DNA of 64,000 nt, taken from contig NW_027271430.1 of the NCBI RefSeq assembly GCF_040938485.1, forward strand, positions 930,001 through 994,000. Direction: 5' to 3'. Of this stretch, positions 35,852 through 48,660 are shown one piece after another; the stretch's first letter is position 1; every line of letters begins with the position of its first letter. Under the pieces are notes generated by a model. The model made no database searches, was not told the origin of the DNA, and saw nothing but the letters and a program-made list of their open reading frames with translations. The translations under genes and the position numbers were made by a program. Origin of the DNA: Diadema antillarum (lineage: Eukaryota).

Positions 35852-37081
35852 GGTCTTTTACACTTCGAACTATGCAGCGCTAGGCTTTCAGCAAAACAGT
35901 CTGTGATGCTACTTCCGAAACATGTAACTGAAACTCAAAGAAACAAAATGCAAAATCATCTACGGCTAGACTAATTTACATGTATTTTCTCCTCACTAAA
36001 CGACGTTGTTACAGCAGACTCCGTCTGTAATCCGGCAAGGCATCACTCGTATCACACTGCACTGATCAGTATCAATGTCCAATGAATGGGACTCGGCGCT
36101 GTTTCCACGGCATACGTACAATGTAATCACCTTTCAGTCCGCGTGGCTCATTTCAAATCACTGCCTCCTCTGTGACAAGTCCACTAAGTGACTAATGGCT
36201 ACCGCTTGATTATTTTTTGGAGAAAATTTATCCAAAGATCGATTAACAGGGTAAATACAATTAGAAACGTGTCCACACTATATACAGGCCTAGAAGTACC
36301 GTACACAAACGTGTACCAGCACCGCGTTATTGTACGGGGAGCTTGCTCAGTTCTGATGCATGCTGTATACTACAATCAAGGCACGGCTGGGTTAGATAGA
36401 GCAGCTGGGGGCGGGCAACTCCACTGCAAAATACAGTATGAAAGACCATCGCACAAGAAGCCACGTTGGGTGCTGTCTAGCCTCAGGTCAAGAACCTACG
36501 TACTGTATACAGTATTTTACAACCCAAAAGAATGAACTGAATATAAAGCCGGTTTGAAGTTAGCTCACGAGTTTATGGGTGCAAATCATGAAATAACCTT
36601 TCTGTTTTTCTCAGTTGGTTGGGCGCTTCGCGTGTTCTCAAAGTGGCAAAATGCATTAGCTTGCCTGATGTAAAAATTTATGAAATTCATCAATCATATT
36701 CAAACAGAGAGTGAGCTTGCATAGACCCTGAATGGTCCACAATCACTTGGAGAAACACTTGGAGAAACACTTGGAGAAGCAACCATTTCTTTATTTTGCA
36801 TCGAATGAATTAACAAACTTTTCCTATTGATATTACCAAATACACTATGTACCAGGCTTGCTGTCAGGTGGATGTGCTGAGACGGAACATGCATAAGGAT
36901 TATGTGAATAATAATCACATCACAATATTTTCTGTGCACGTCAAATTTCATTGAATCATCTCAACAAATTACAAACCAACTCCAACATGACTGTCGAGAG
37001 ACTATCCTCGACCACCCCCCTCAAAAAAATAAAAAAATAAAAATAAATGAATATTCTGCATCCCCATTACTGGTACATACA

Positions 37082-37204
37082 CAGGGGGGATCCAGGAATT
37101 CCGTAAAGAGGGGGTGCCTTTACAAAATTAAAACGGGCGCACGAACCCCCATTTCTTTTATTTCTTTTGTTTTTGCAAAAGATAAAGGGGGAGGTGTGCC
37201 ACTG
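37082..37204. mobile_element. hAT-like MITE with 6-bp TSD (CATACA)
   Basis: CAGGGGGGATCCAGGAATTCCGTAAAG...GCCACTG flanked by CATACA at 37076-37081 and 37205-37210. Confidence 0.7.
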
Positions 37205-38658
37205 CATACATGCATGATGTAATCTTCACTACTGCATGCCAACATGACCTGCTAGTTGACAAGCTGTCAGGGATCTTATCGACTTTAAGGAGGGGTCCGC
37301 CTCCATCTAATGAAGTATAATTCCAAACAGTTGTCACCATATAATTAGATCTATTTAATTACGTATGTATTCATTGGGATGGACGATGAATCCATTTCAA
37401 AGAAATCTCTTTTAGAAACTCTTGGATATTTGCTTAGGATTGTGGAGAGCACTGTGAACTCATGTCTTGAAGATTTTAAGACAATGATATGATACAATAT
37501 TCAACACACCTCAAACAATATATTTCTTTGCAGTTAAATCTCTTTATTATACAAAAACATAATTTGAAAATAACACATTCAGTTAACATTGAGATGCAAA
37601 TGGATCAAATAAAACCCATGACAGATTATGAGAAAATACACGTATGGACTCCCATGTCATACTGTAATACTGTACAAGAAATATAAATGCTATGGCATGA
37701 AATTTTAGCAAATTGCCACTGGCATTCACTGCATTTGCAGCAGTAGTGCATTGTGCAGACAGGAACTTTCATGAATCTTGGCACCTTGCGAAATGCGAGA
37801 AGGTTTCATGCAGACGGAAACTTCTGATTTTTAATTCACCTACATACAAGGCAAGCAGCTACAATTATATGAGTTCAAGACCAGTTAAAACCTAAAATTC
37901 TGTAGGTTTCAATCATGGATGTCACGACTACTGCAGTCAACCTCGCCTAATCTGTTTGGACTGAAGAAATAGCTTCAACTTAGAGAACATTCGACTTATG
38001 AGAAAATTTGACTGTGAGGGATTAAAATCAACAGAATATAAAGAGAAGAGGACTTGAAAAGGTGTTCGACTTAGGCAATTTACGTTGTATTCAACTCATG
38101 TGAGGTGACTTAAGCAAGGTTGATTGTACTTTGTAATACTCAGTAGAATTTTTATAGTAGCTGTGTAATATAAATGTCCTTTTGTTATCATTATCAGTAT
38201 CATATAATTTTGATATCAGTCCTTCATATTGCAACTACATGTACATGTATGCAATGTACATGTATAAGTGCAGTGGAAAGCAGTAAACATTATCTGCAGT
38301 ATTGCCCACAAAGTTATCATTTTTTTCACTGCCTTCGTTTTCATCATCTTACAATCCTGCCGTTACCATTTGCAAAGTCTGATGAAGTAGACTTGCATCA
38401 TTCTGAAGTTATTGCACAGACAAAGAACTTCAAGAATTGAGCCTTGACCTGCATCACATTCTGCACAGAAATTTTTACTGGAGAATTCTCCTCACAAACC
38501 ACAACCATGTGCTACCTTTGATGATAAACATACATATATATTTCTTTTTTTTTCTTATTATTATTCTATGAACAGAATATCTCTATGATTTGACCTCAAT
38601 CTTGGTACCCTTATTTTTTCCTAATATCCCTGAATCCAATCAATTAATTACAATGTTA

Positions 38659-38903
38659 TACTGCATACGCCATAAATTAAGCGAGTCTAATTTTTCGCTA
38701 ATCAGAACTTCCCAACGATTTTGCGAGTGGTTAAATTTGCGATCGTGGAGTACTGTACTGAACGGAGAAATGTATACATGTGCATCACATTCATATCGGG
38801 ATCAGAGTCATTATTTTTTGCGTGTCTTTAATTTCGCAAATAGCACCTGACGCACGAAATTCACGAAAATAAAAACCTCACTAAATAATCTGCATATACA
38901 GTA
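38659..38903. mobile_element. TA-flanked MITE, CTG...CAG family
   Basis: TA CTGCATAC...GCATATACAG TA; TTTCGC-rich body like the other copies. Confidence 0.65.
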
Positions 38904-39794
38904 ACTAATTTGATGAAGAAATACCTCTTTAAGGTAAGATTACGGTAGGGCCTACAGTTTGTAATGTGAACAAAAAATATAGATTTCTGCACTCCATTCA
39001 TTTCAATGTATTATGGTGTAATGCATTATTTAGAACTAAAGTTGTTTCATGTATGAGTAGTATACACAAAAGAAAGAACAAATGATTTCCAACAAAAATG
39101 CACAATGATTTGTGATATTTGGAAATAAAATGCAAAAATGTAATCTCTGGATGTCTGGAGTAAAATACCCCGTTTGCGGCAGGCTTTGTACAGGGTGCCT
39201 ATTTGCGGCAGGGGCCATTTCATTCATTGGTGAAAAGGCCCAATCAGATGTAACTTGCTTCCAATAACACTTGCAAGTAACTCTTGTTTGTGTTCTTACG
39301 TGGGACTATAAAGCACACATGAAGTCCATTAGCTGTTTTATTATTGAGTGAACCCCTGGTTCACGGTGCTGGTGTAAACACAGTAAATAGTTATGGCAAT
39401 AATAATCACATTTTCTGTGCAAACAAAAGCAGAAGCACAGAAAATAAGAAATCTAATATGGAGGACACAAGCTAAATTTACACATTTGGTCCATTTCTCT
39501 AATAATCATGGATGTCATGAAATGATTCTAAATTATCTCTCTGAATCCTACAAAGATAGCTGTCTTTGACAGTGTAATCTTGGCAATGCATTGTGAATCT
39601 TAGAGACAGTATCCCAGGCTTGGCTTCTTCATTATGTTACATGCTGAGTGCAACCACAGCTCAGTGCACATCCAAGAACATTTTTCAGGTTGCTTCAGTC
39701 CTTGAATTCTGCACCCTGTATCCATGTACATGGAGTCTCATGTTGTATAGCAACAGCACAACATTGACAGGCGCCATATGAACAGGGTGCCAGA

Positions 39795-42700
39795 TCAGTC
39801 CTGGATTTTGAGGATGTTCTTCTTTTCGAGGTCCTCCATTTCTTTGACCAGCGATGCAACATTGTATCTCAGCTCATGGAACTTTGAGACTGGCAACTGC
39901 AGAGGGGCAAGAGCATGTTCATAAACAACTTTGGCTCACAAAAGATATGAACTAGAGGGGAAGTGTCCTAAAACATACATGTATACATCAATTTATTGAC
40001 AACAAAAACATTTGTACAACAATTGGTGAAATCTTGAACAACATTGCATATTTTGTTCAAAAGTTACAAATGTTATAGTACCATTTGATACTATAAGCTG
40101 CCTCCTATAGATGTCTGAAGAGTACAATGACATCATATCAAGAAACATACAAAGAATACATATTATGTACAGTGTATGTTGATTTTCCATGGAAAGTCCA
40201 GACTCCCGTAAGTAGTTACTGAGATATGTTAAGGGAAATATTATTCTCACTGCCATCTGGAGGAGATAGGTCAAGTGCTCTTTCGAGCGGGAAAAATGTT
40301 AACATATAAAACCTACTGACTTCATTATTTTCTGATCTATGTCTACTCTTCATGACATTTTTAAAGTTTTGTTTATTTGACTTTGCTCTATCATAAAAAT
40401 CAACTTAAACATGGCATGGTTTTTTTATCTTCACTATTCTCTGTTCAAGAAAAACAAATTTCCTACAAAATAGCTATGCCCTTCTGAAACAATCTCTTTA
40501 TGTCACATTTTGTCTGGTTAAAAACTTTAAACTATTAACCTGAACACAGAAGAGCTGCTATGTACAATATAAGCTTCTTACCTCAAATGTGTGTTTGCTG
40601 CCATCACTCAGATTCATTTCTGCCATGATGGTGGGTTCTAGTGATCTGCTCAGAGCACTGCAAAGATATCAAAGACAATTATCAACTAGAAATATCACTT
40701 AAGGTGATTAATACCCCCGCCCCGTGACGACAGTCTTACCCAAGGAATGATCTTTCCTTGATCTTCTGCCATTTAAATGCCGTTACCATGGCAACGCAGC
40801 TTCCGACACGTCCGAAAAATATGTCTTGCACATCTTCCCACCAAGACTATTGTGTGTGCCACATTTCATAAGCTTTTGTCAAAAACTGAGGAAGTAGTTC
40901 AATCCACAAGATCTTTCCTTGATCTTCCGCCATTAATATGCCGTTACCATGGCAACGCAGCTTCCGACACGTCCGAAAAATATGTCTTCCACATCTTCCC
41001 ACCAAGATCAAGGTGTGTGCCACATTTCATAAGCTTTGGTAAAAAAACTGAGGAAGTAGTTAAATCCGCAAGATCTTTCCTTGATCTTCTGCCATTAATA
41101 TGCCATTACCATGGCAACGTACTTTCAGGTACTGTCAAAAAATGCGTCTTGCACATCTACAACCAAAGGCACACATCTGTACCAAGTTTCATGGAAATTG
41201 GGCAAAAACTGAGGAAGTAGTTTGCAACACAAAATTTTCCATCATTTTGGCTCATAATATGTGAGCTGTTACCATGGCAACATACTTTTTGTCACTGTCA
41301 AGAAATGTGTCATGCTGACCTATATCCTAAGACAAACATTCAATATGAATTCCATGAGAATTGGAAGAACACTGATGAAGCAGTTTTGCCATGAAGCATT
41401 TTGCCCTATATTTTACCAACAACATGCCGTTACCATGGCAACGCACTTTTTGCCACTGCAGAAATATGTGTCTTGCACATTAACATATTCAGATGAACAT
41501 CTGTACCTAATTTCATAAATATTGATCAAAAACTGTGGGAGGAGTTCGCGACGCAAGATTTGTACCCATTTTTGCCCATAATATGCCGTTACCATGGCAA
41601 CGTACTTTTGGGTATTGTCAAAAAATATGTCTTGCACATCTACAACCCAAGGGACACATCTGTGCCAAGTTTTATGGGAATCGGTTGAAAACTGAGGAAG
41701 TAGTTCGCGACGCAAGATTTGCAACGGACCGACCGCCCGACCACCCGACTGACCGCCCGACCGACCGACCGCCCGACCGTCCGCTGATTCCTATATACCC
41801 CCTTCAAACTTCGTTTGGCGGGGGTATAATGACTAATGAGTCACATTACCTTATGATATGACTACATGTTTTATTTTGGTATATTTTTTGTGACTTTCAT
41901 CTCATTCCCCCCCCCCTTTTTGTCTATGAGCATGGTTGCCACCTATTCACAAATTCTTCCAGAGGTTGGTATCATCCATCTGTTCCCTGAAAAATTTGCG
42001 AAAAAGGCCACTTCCTGCAATTGTTAACCTAAGAGGAGACATGAAGTAGAAGTGAAAACTTTCAATGGTACAAGTATTGACTCTCTGACACAATGGACCT
42101 CTATGTTATGCCCTACTAAAAGTACAGTGTGATATGCCTCCAAACAAATGGGGTTGGTATCATGAGCAATGTTGTGTGTAAGCATACCGTCCCCTTTACG
42201 AAGAGGCAAAACACCCTGTCCCTCGGATAGGACATAAAATGGAGGTCCCATGTATGAGAGAATAACAACTCATGCACGTAAAAGATCCCGCTCCATTCAT
42301 TCATCGCAAAGAGCAGGGTGTTTATCCCGGTGAAGTGGTCCCACCTCACATCCAACTGGACCCCATGGAAGACCAGCGTAACTTAGCTGAATATGGGATA
42401 TCAAGCCATCTCCTCAGATGGAAATAAACAAACAAACATAAAACACGATGTTAGCTCAGCTGGCCCTGCTGGGTCTTAAACCTTTGACCTTGTGATTGTA
42501 AGGCAGAATTGCTACCAACTGAGCCAGCTTGCTGCCCTACCCTGGGCTTACTGGGATATCTAGTCTGGATACAGGTACATTTGAAGGATATTGGAAAGAC
42601 ATGCTTTACGTTTTAAGCTTGGAAACTAAGAAAGATATTTACAGGGGCGGATCCAGGAATTCTGTAAAGGGGGGGGGGGGGGGGGTTGACTAATATTTCT

Positions 42701-45700
42701 GGTGGCACTTCCGGGTGTCATTTCATGTTTTTTCTTTTTATTTCATTTGTTTTTCACAAAAAATAAAGGGGGGCGTGCACCGGTTGCGCCCCCCTCTGGA
42801 TCCACCACTGTATTTAGACTAGTCTGCAGGACAAATTTTAATAGCCAATCCCTTATTACTAATTAGTACATGTAACAAACCTTTGCTATGCATTCCCAAT
42901 ACTCTATGTATTATTAGTATTAAACACCATTGGATATGCCATTAATATGTTTCAGGTAAGGTTAAGAAGCCCCTTTAATAGGATGCTTATTTGTCAGGTA
43001 GATCACCTTGTGGAGATAGCAACATCCACCCGCCATCTGAAGTTATCAAGTCTGGGGAAGCGGGAATGTCCCTTGCTCAGTGCATCCTCTACAGCTGTCC
43101 TCCTAAAGATTAAAAAAAAAAACAGCAACAGACTTTGTGAGTGGCTGACTGACTGAATGTGATTGATTTCAAGCAGTCTCACATGGCTCAATATCAATCT
43201 ATGGATGTACAATGTGCCTGAACACACTTCCGTGTTGATGAATCCTCATTGACAGGTCCTATTCTGCGCTATACATGTTTTACATTTATCAAGAACAATA
43301 ATAATGATATGAAAGATAAGACTGATAACAATGACAATGGCACTCATAATGATGATAAAATTGATAATAGTGATAATTAAGATGATAGCAATAATAACAA
43401 TAATGATAACCATTTTTGCCAAACCAATAATTATGATAATCATCATCGTTATCATCACCACCATCACCACAAGTCCAAATACCAAAAGTAACAGAAATAG
43501 AAACAGAATTAAATGACATCTTCTCAACAATGAATATCACACTTACTTTGGTCCATAAACTGCACTTGCTAAATCTGCTACAAAGTCCTGAGGGATCCTG
43601 GGGACAAAGTAAATATAAGTAAATAAGTACTTACAAAAAAATTGTAAGTACATTCTTAACCTCCACAGGCACTTGGATTCTTATTCATATTCCTTGTATA
43701 TGTGAAAACTTTTATATTTACGAAATATAAATGTGGCACATGGTTAAATATGAACATGACACCAAGTTAGGACTACAAAATTGTGGCTAACCAGTGAAGG
43801 GCTGATGAATATAACGATAGGTATGGTCTAATCTTTAATCTCAATCAGTATGGTATATGAGGGGAAAATCCATACACTTATGCCACATGTCTATAAAAGA
43901 TTTTTTTTTCCCTACTTGTTTTAGTGTTACATGATTCAGAGCCCCGTTACATTTCTATTAATTTGTGTTATGTCAGACTTTCGTATCAAAAGATTGACAG
44001 TTGATAACATTTTCTTTCAACAACATCATGGTCCTTGGTCTTGTAACTTGGTTAACATTTCAACAAAGACACATTTTTCATGTGCAAGCATAGAACATCA
44101 TGTCACTCATACTAGGTATTGCCCAAAAGAGAAAATATATCAATTTTCTCTAAATTAATTACGGTACACTTTGTACCTTCATAAATCACACTCTTATCTA
44201 CAAGAAATTTCATTAATTAGTGTTAGTAACACCTGAACAATTCATGACAAAATATGTTCAAGGAGAAACAAACAAACACAAAATCTCTTGCGGCAAAATT
44301 AATCACTTGCAGTACTCACTTGATTTCTGTTAAATCAGCTTTGAAAACCTGCAGTCAACATGGAAGAAAAAAAATTCTGAATTATCCTTCACTGTTTGGT
44401 GAATGATAGCAGTCTGTAAATACTCTTCACACTCTTTACATTTTTTGAAATCAATCATTACTAATGGCAGTTGAACTAATTTCCAGTGGTACCTCAAATC
44501 TATTGCACCAGTATCAAGAATTTTAAGAAGACTTTACTAAATTTGATAATATCCATTCTAATTTTCTGCCAAATACCACAAGGCAACTGAAGAGCAGAAT
44601 ATAGTGATGCTGAGTGACATAATTTACAGCATTTCATGAAACAAAAATTGTTGTTTGGCATCTTGGGGTGATTTATTTACAGAATTTCAATATAGGTATG
44701 AAAGTTCAATCATCATCATCATCATCACCACCATGATTTTTTATTTTTATCTTTTTAATTCTAAATATAAGATCTGGCCTGAAGCTGAATATATTTTTTC
44801 ACTGAGTGATTTAAACTTTTATATTTTGAAATTTTGATAGAACGGTTGACTTCATATCCAAAGATTACTGGGTTATCCACTGTTCATAGTACAGGAAACC
44901 TGACACTGTATGCTGCCAAATTGTTGATCAACCTGACTAACAAAACTTGCACACTTGGTCATAATGCTTCACTTCTTGCTTTCTTCAAGCCACTATTCTC
45001 ATATTTTTTCACATTTGTCTTGTAACCATCTTTTTTCTAAACTATACCAAAACCCACAACATTTTTCTTTCCTAAATCATCCTCATCATCTCAACAAAAT
45101 CCTTCCTGCCCAATACCCAGTTACTATCAACATGAGTTTGCTTATCTACCAAATCTTTTTATTGCTTATTACAAGTTAATACCACTTACCTCTTTCTTCA
45201 GAGATGTCTGGGGCTGTCTGTATGCAGCTCGCAGGAGTGACAGAACGCCCGAAAAGACAACAGCAAGAGACTCACAAGACTGACCACACTCATTGGACAA
45301 ATTTGGGAAGAAGTCCTCTCCAACTGCAACACCCTCAAAGGACGACACAGCAGCTATGTGCATCAAGAGTGAGAGATATGTTTGAAAGTGTAGACTCTGT
45401 ACAGTATTTTACCTGTTAAAGATATATTGGAGTAACTGCTTTAGGTGCATTTCACAGAGTGAAACCATGAATCAAAGTATCATGATATAACTAAATGTAG
45501 CAAAAAAAACAAAAAAAAAAACTTTTGAAAACTGCTTATCCAATAGTGGCGAGCCCTGAGCTTATGCTCAGGCCCCTTTCGACTCAATTTGATATAACTA
45601 ATATTCACTATGATGCTTTATACAGAGCATTGTATTATAAATTATGTCTGACCATTAGAGAGTCAATTTAGATGAGAACTGCAGTATCGACTGTCGCAAA

Positions 45701-46756
45701 GTAACAACTGTACACACAAATTTGTTATTACAAACTTGAAGGAGAAAAAAAAATCTACCATCTCAAAATCAATGCAAACTCATGAGTCATATTAGAGCAG
45801 CACAGTGGAACCTTGTCATGTTAACAAATCATTTTCTGCTCATAATATCTGAACCAGAGAGGGCTGTTATATATCAACATGTTATGGTGATGCATAAGGG
45901 TAATGCAAAAAAAGAATTGTTTGGGATTTTAGAAATCACCTCAACTAAAGTCTCTTGAAGGAGATTTGGCAACAAAAGATACTATGAACTTCCTTAAAAT
46001 CTAAACCATCAATTGTAAAATGAAAAACATGGGTTCTTGAATTATTTTCCAAAGCAAAAAGATGCCTCAGAACTCCTGTTTATTGATCAAGATATTTCTT
46101 ACATGGGTTTGTTGCCAATGTTGGGGTAGTGCATAACCGCAGCAGCGACCCGATACGGACAAATACGTACCGTGTTACAGCGCCCCGCGATGGGGTTAGG
46201 GTAGTGCAGTGCCATTGGCATTAACATAGATAGATGTTGCGTTGCACTGTAATAATGTATCATACCATTATGGATTGTTGACACTGTGCCTATATTCCAA
46301 TTTTATCGACATGTTTACACCGTTAAGCATAAGGCATTTACACTATCAGACTTTCTAGTTCTAGAGTGTTCTAACTCATGAACTGGGCCCCGTCTTATAA
46401 AGCCTTCAAATCGATCACAAGTCCCCAAATCAATCGCAACTTGCATTGCAGCACACACAAAACTTGTGATTGATTTCTATCACAAGTCTTTATAAGACAG
46501 GCCCCTGGTCTTCCGTTGACAGAGCAAAATAAAACCAACCACACAAATTATGACACAGGTGGGACTGAGCGCATATGGAGATGAACGTAGGCGACTATGT
46601 ATGACCGTGATTACCTTTTAATAGTTCTCGAAACGTTGACTTATCTGTACTTTTCAATAATTTCACCATGGACTTGATTTCGTGCGGTACTTTAGCTCCA
46701 ACAAAGAGAGTTCTATCACCACTTAAGCCGCCCGCAGTTCCAGCACGGAGCGCCAT
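39795..46756 (-). CDS. COMMD5: COMM domain-containing protein 5, 219 aa
   Basis: Exons 46756-46615, 45353-45190, 44348-44320, 43597-43547, 43102-43007, 40657-40582, 39896-39795 (660 nt, GT-AG, phases 1/0/2/2/2/0). Motifs FVGAKVPHEIKSM..DKSTFRELLK; IPQDFVADLASAVYG; FRWRVDVAISTSALSRSLEP; LPVSKFHELRYNVA..KEMEDLEK. Confidence 0.95.
40685..41830 (+). mobile_element. Helentron-associated / pearl-Tsp-like non-autonomous element with internal 160-bp tandem array
   Basis: 5' ACTAG with hairpin ATCACTTAAGGTGAT; sub-terminal inverted repeat TTAATACCCCCGCC (40708-40721) / GGCGGGGGTATAA (41817-41829); about six 159-163-bp units; (GACC)n microsatellite at about 41727-41782; 3' stem-loop. Confidence 0.75.
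42130..42445 (+). mobile_element. Deu-domain SINE
   Basis: CCCTCGGATAGGACATAAAATGGAGGTCCC...CACGTAAAAGATCCC...AAGAGCAGGG...CCCGGTG resembles the recalled Deu domain of AmnSINE1-type SINEs; (AAAC)n tail. Confidence 0.75.
42460..42535 (-). mobile_element. tRNA-derived SINE head fragment
   Basis: A box TGGCTCAGTTGG and degenerate B box GGTTTAAGACC; no convincing cloverleaf. Confidence 0.55.
42642..42810. mobile_element. hAT-like MITE with 6-bp TSD (TATTTA)
   Basis: CAGGGGCGGATCCAGG...CTGGATCCACCACTG flanked by TATTTA at 42636-42641 and 42811-42816. Confidence 0.8.
43295..43505. repeat. Degenerate (ATA/ATG/CAT)n low-complexity tract
   Basis: Direct reading. Confidence 0.8.
46383..46507. mobile_element. 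PIF/Harbinger-like MITE with CTG 3-bp TSD
   Basis: CTG GGCCCCGTCTTATAAAG...CTTTATAAGACAGGCCC CTG. Confidence 0.65.
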
Positions 46757-47798
46757 CGTATTAACATCACAGGGATGTACATGTATTGTGGGATTGAAAG
46801 GGGTGGTGGTGGTGATCACAGGATTCTGTCTGTGTGTCAATCGATGTACGTGTGAGTGATATAGATACGAGTGTGTGCAAATGGTGGTGGTGGTGGGTGG
46901 GGGGGGGGGGGGGGGGGGGAATGGCGTGCCGGGGGTGGGGTGCGCAGTGCTGATAGTAGGTCACTGCACTCTACTACCAGTACTACACCTGTCAGCTGCA
47001 GCTTATCTATGAACATCTACATTGTATTGTGGATGAAACAGTAAAAGGATCAGGGAGATGGGGGTGTCTCTAGCCCATATGAGCACAGAGACAGTACGTA
47101 CCGTAAGGAAAGTTGGTGGGTCAGCTTATCAGGTGGAAGAAAAAAACAATTCCTGTTTAAAACATCAGATATTTGCCACAGGAGAGCCATACACTAGTCT
47201 GTCTCTTGAGGGCAAAACTAAGTACTTGTATAATTTCAGGGTAAATTCGCATCAGTCTTAATCTGAAAGTTATGTAGACTAATGGCACACAAGGGTTTGT
47301 GTGTGTGTGCGTGTGTGTGTGTGCGTGTGTGATTTTTTTTTTTTTTTTAATGGGCGTCTCTCTGAACACACAATGAACACGCAATTGTTCTTTAAAGCAG
47401 TTTCCATATACTAGAGTACCTCTAGTGCACACTAATAGATTTGTTTGCTTGACATGATATATTATACTCTGTCTGATCATATATACTTCAGGGCAGAACT
47501 TATATATTGTAGTAGTTGTCATTCTGAAACACATTAATCTTGCTGTTTATATAGTTTTCCTTTTGTTGTTGATAAAAACAGCTGCTCCTAAGGACTTGTT
47601 CTAGAAGATACACACGAACATGCACCCACACACACACACACGCACACACCAACAAACATGCCCATTGAAAAATGATCACTTCCATTTGAAAATTCTGGCT
47701 TCCAAGTTTAAAGAGTAATCTACCCCATAGGAAAGATAGAAAGAGACTGAGAGAAGGGGGGGTTGAGGAAGGGAGAGAGAGAAGCAGTGGGTGCAGAA

Positions 47799-48101
47799 AT
47801 AAAGTAAAAAAGAAAAAGAAGTAAAGTTTGAGGAAAATTGGACACAGACTAACTTTTTCAAGTTTTGGGTAAAATAAAAGTAAAAAAGTAAAAGAAGTAA
47901 AGTTTGAAGAAAATTGGACACAGGCTAACTTTTTCAAGTTTTAGGTAAAATACAAGTAAAAATGTAAAAGAAGTAAAGTTTGAGGAAAATTGGACACAGA
48001 CTAACTTTTTCAAGTTTTGGGTAAAATAAAAGTAAAAAAGTAAAAGAAGTAAAGTTTGAGGAAAATTGGACACAGACTAACTTTTTCAAGTTTTGGGTAA
48101 A
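47799..48101. repeat. 76-bp tandem array, about 4 units
   Basis: GTAAAGTTTGA(G/A)GAAAATTGGACACAG starts at 47821, 47897, 47973 and 48049. Confidence 0.92.
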
Positions 48102-48454
48102 TCTATTACGGGATAAGAAGGCTATAGCGTTTAATGTCACAAAAGTGGTATAAAGAAAATATAAGGAAAAGTCCACATTCTAATTGTTCTAGCATAATGA
48201 AAGAGAAGTTGATGTACCTCCTTCAGAAGGCAGGGGGAATGATATTACCTGTAACATGATTGTGTCTGTACACTCAAGTTAATGGAATGTGTACTTTATT
48301 TGAAAAAATGAAAGTTTGCGGGCAAGGTATTACAGGCCAACAGTGTAAGAGAGTGCTGTGCTGATTGGGGCCGCTCTCATCCCATGCTGTGAAATTAACT
48401 TTTTACAGCTATCTCTCAGTGTCTCCTGGATACAGGACCCAATTTCACTCTCGA

Positions 48455-48660
48455 TAGAGATAGAGGGGAGCGATAGAGGGAAATATAGAGGGAAAGAGGG
48501 GAGATAGATAGATAAATATACATAGACAGATATGTAATTATAGAGACAGATAGATAGATATATAGATATATAAATAGATGGATGGATGGATAGACAGAGA
48601 GACAGATAGACAGATAGAAAGATACAGATAGACAGCTGGACAGACAGGATATAAATATAT
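48455..48660. repeat. Degenerate (GATA/GACA)n microsatellite
   Basis: Direct reading. Confidence 0.85.

Noticed and set aside
40741-41720. CRISPR-like repeat/spacer pattern
   Set aside because: The intervening sequences are homologous to each other (a tandem satellite), the context is eukaryotic and there are no cas genes.
40777-41861. ORFs of 85-147 aa beginning MPLPWQR or MSCYHGN
   Set aside because: Translations of the 160-bp tandem array.
42460-42535. Possible tRNA gene
   Set aside because: A and B boxes are present but acceptor and anticodon stems do not pair convincingly; treated as a SINE head.
43246-43540. Ile/Met-rich and Tyr/His-rich ORFs
   Set aside because: Produced by trinucleotide low-complexity sequence.
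47500-48176. Overlapping minus-strand ORFs up to 145 aa with repeated QNLKKLVCVQFSSNF
   Set aside because: Translations of the 76-bp tandem array.
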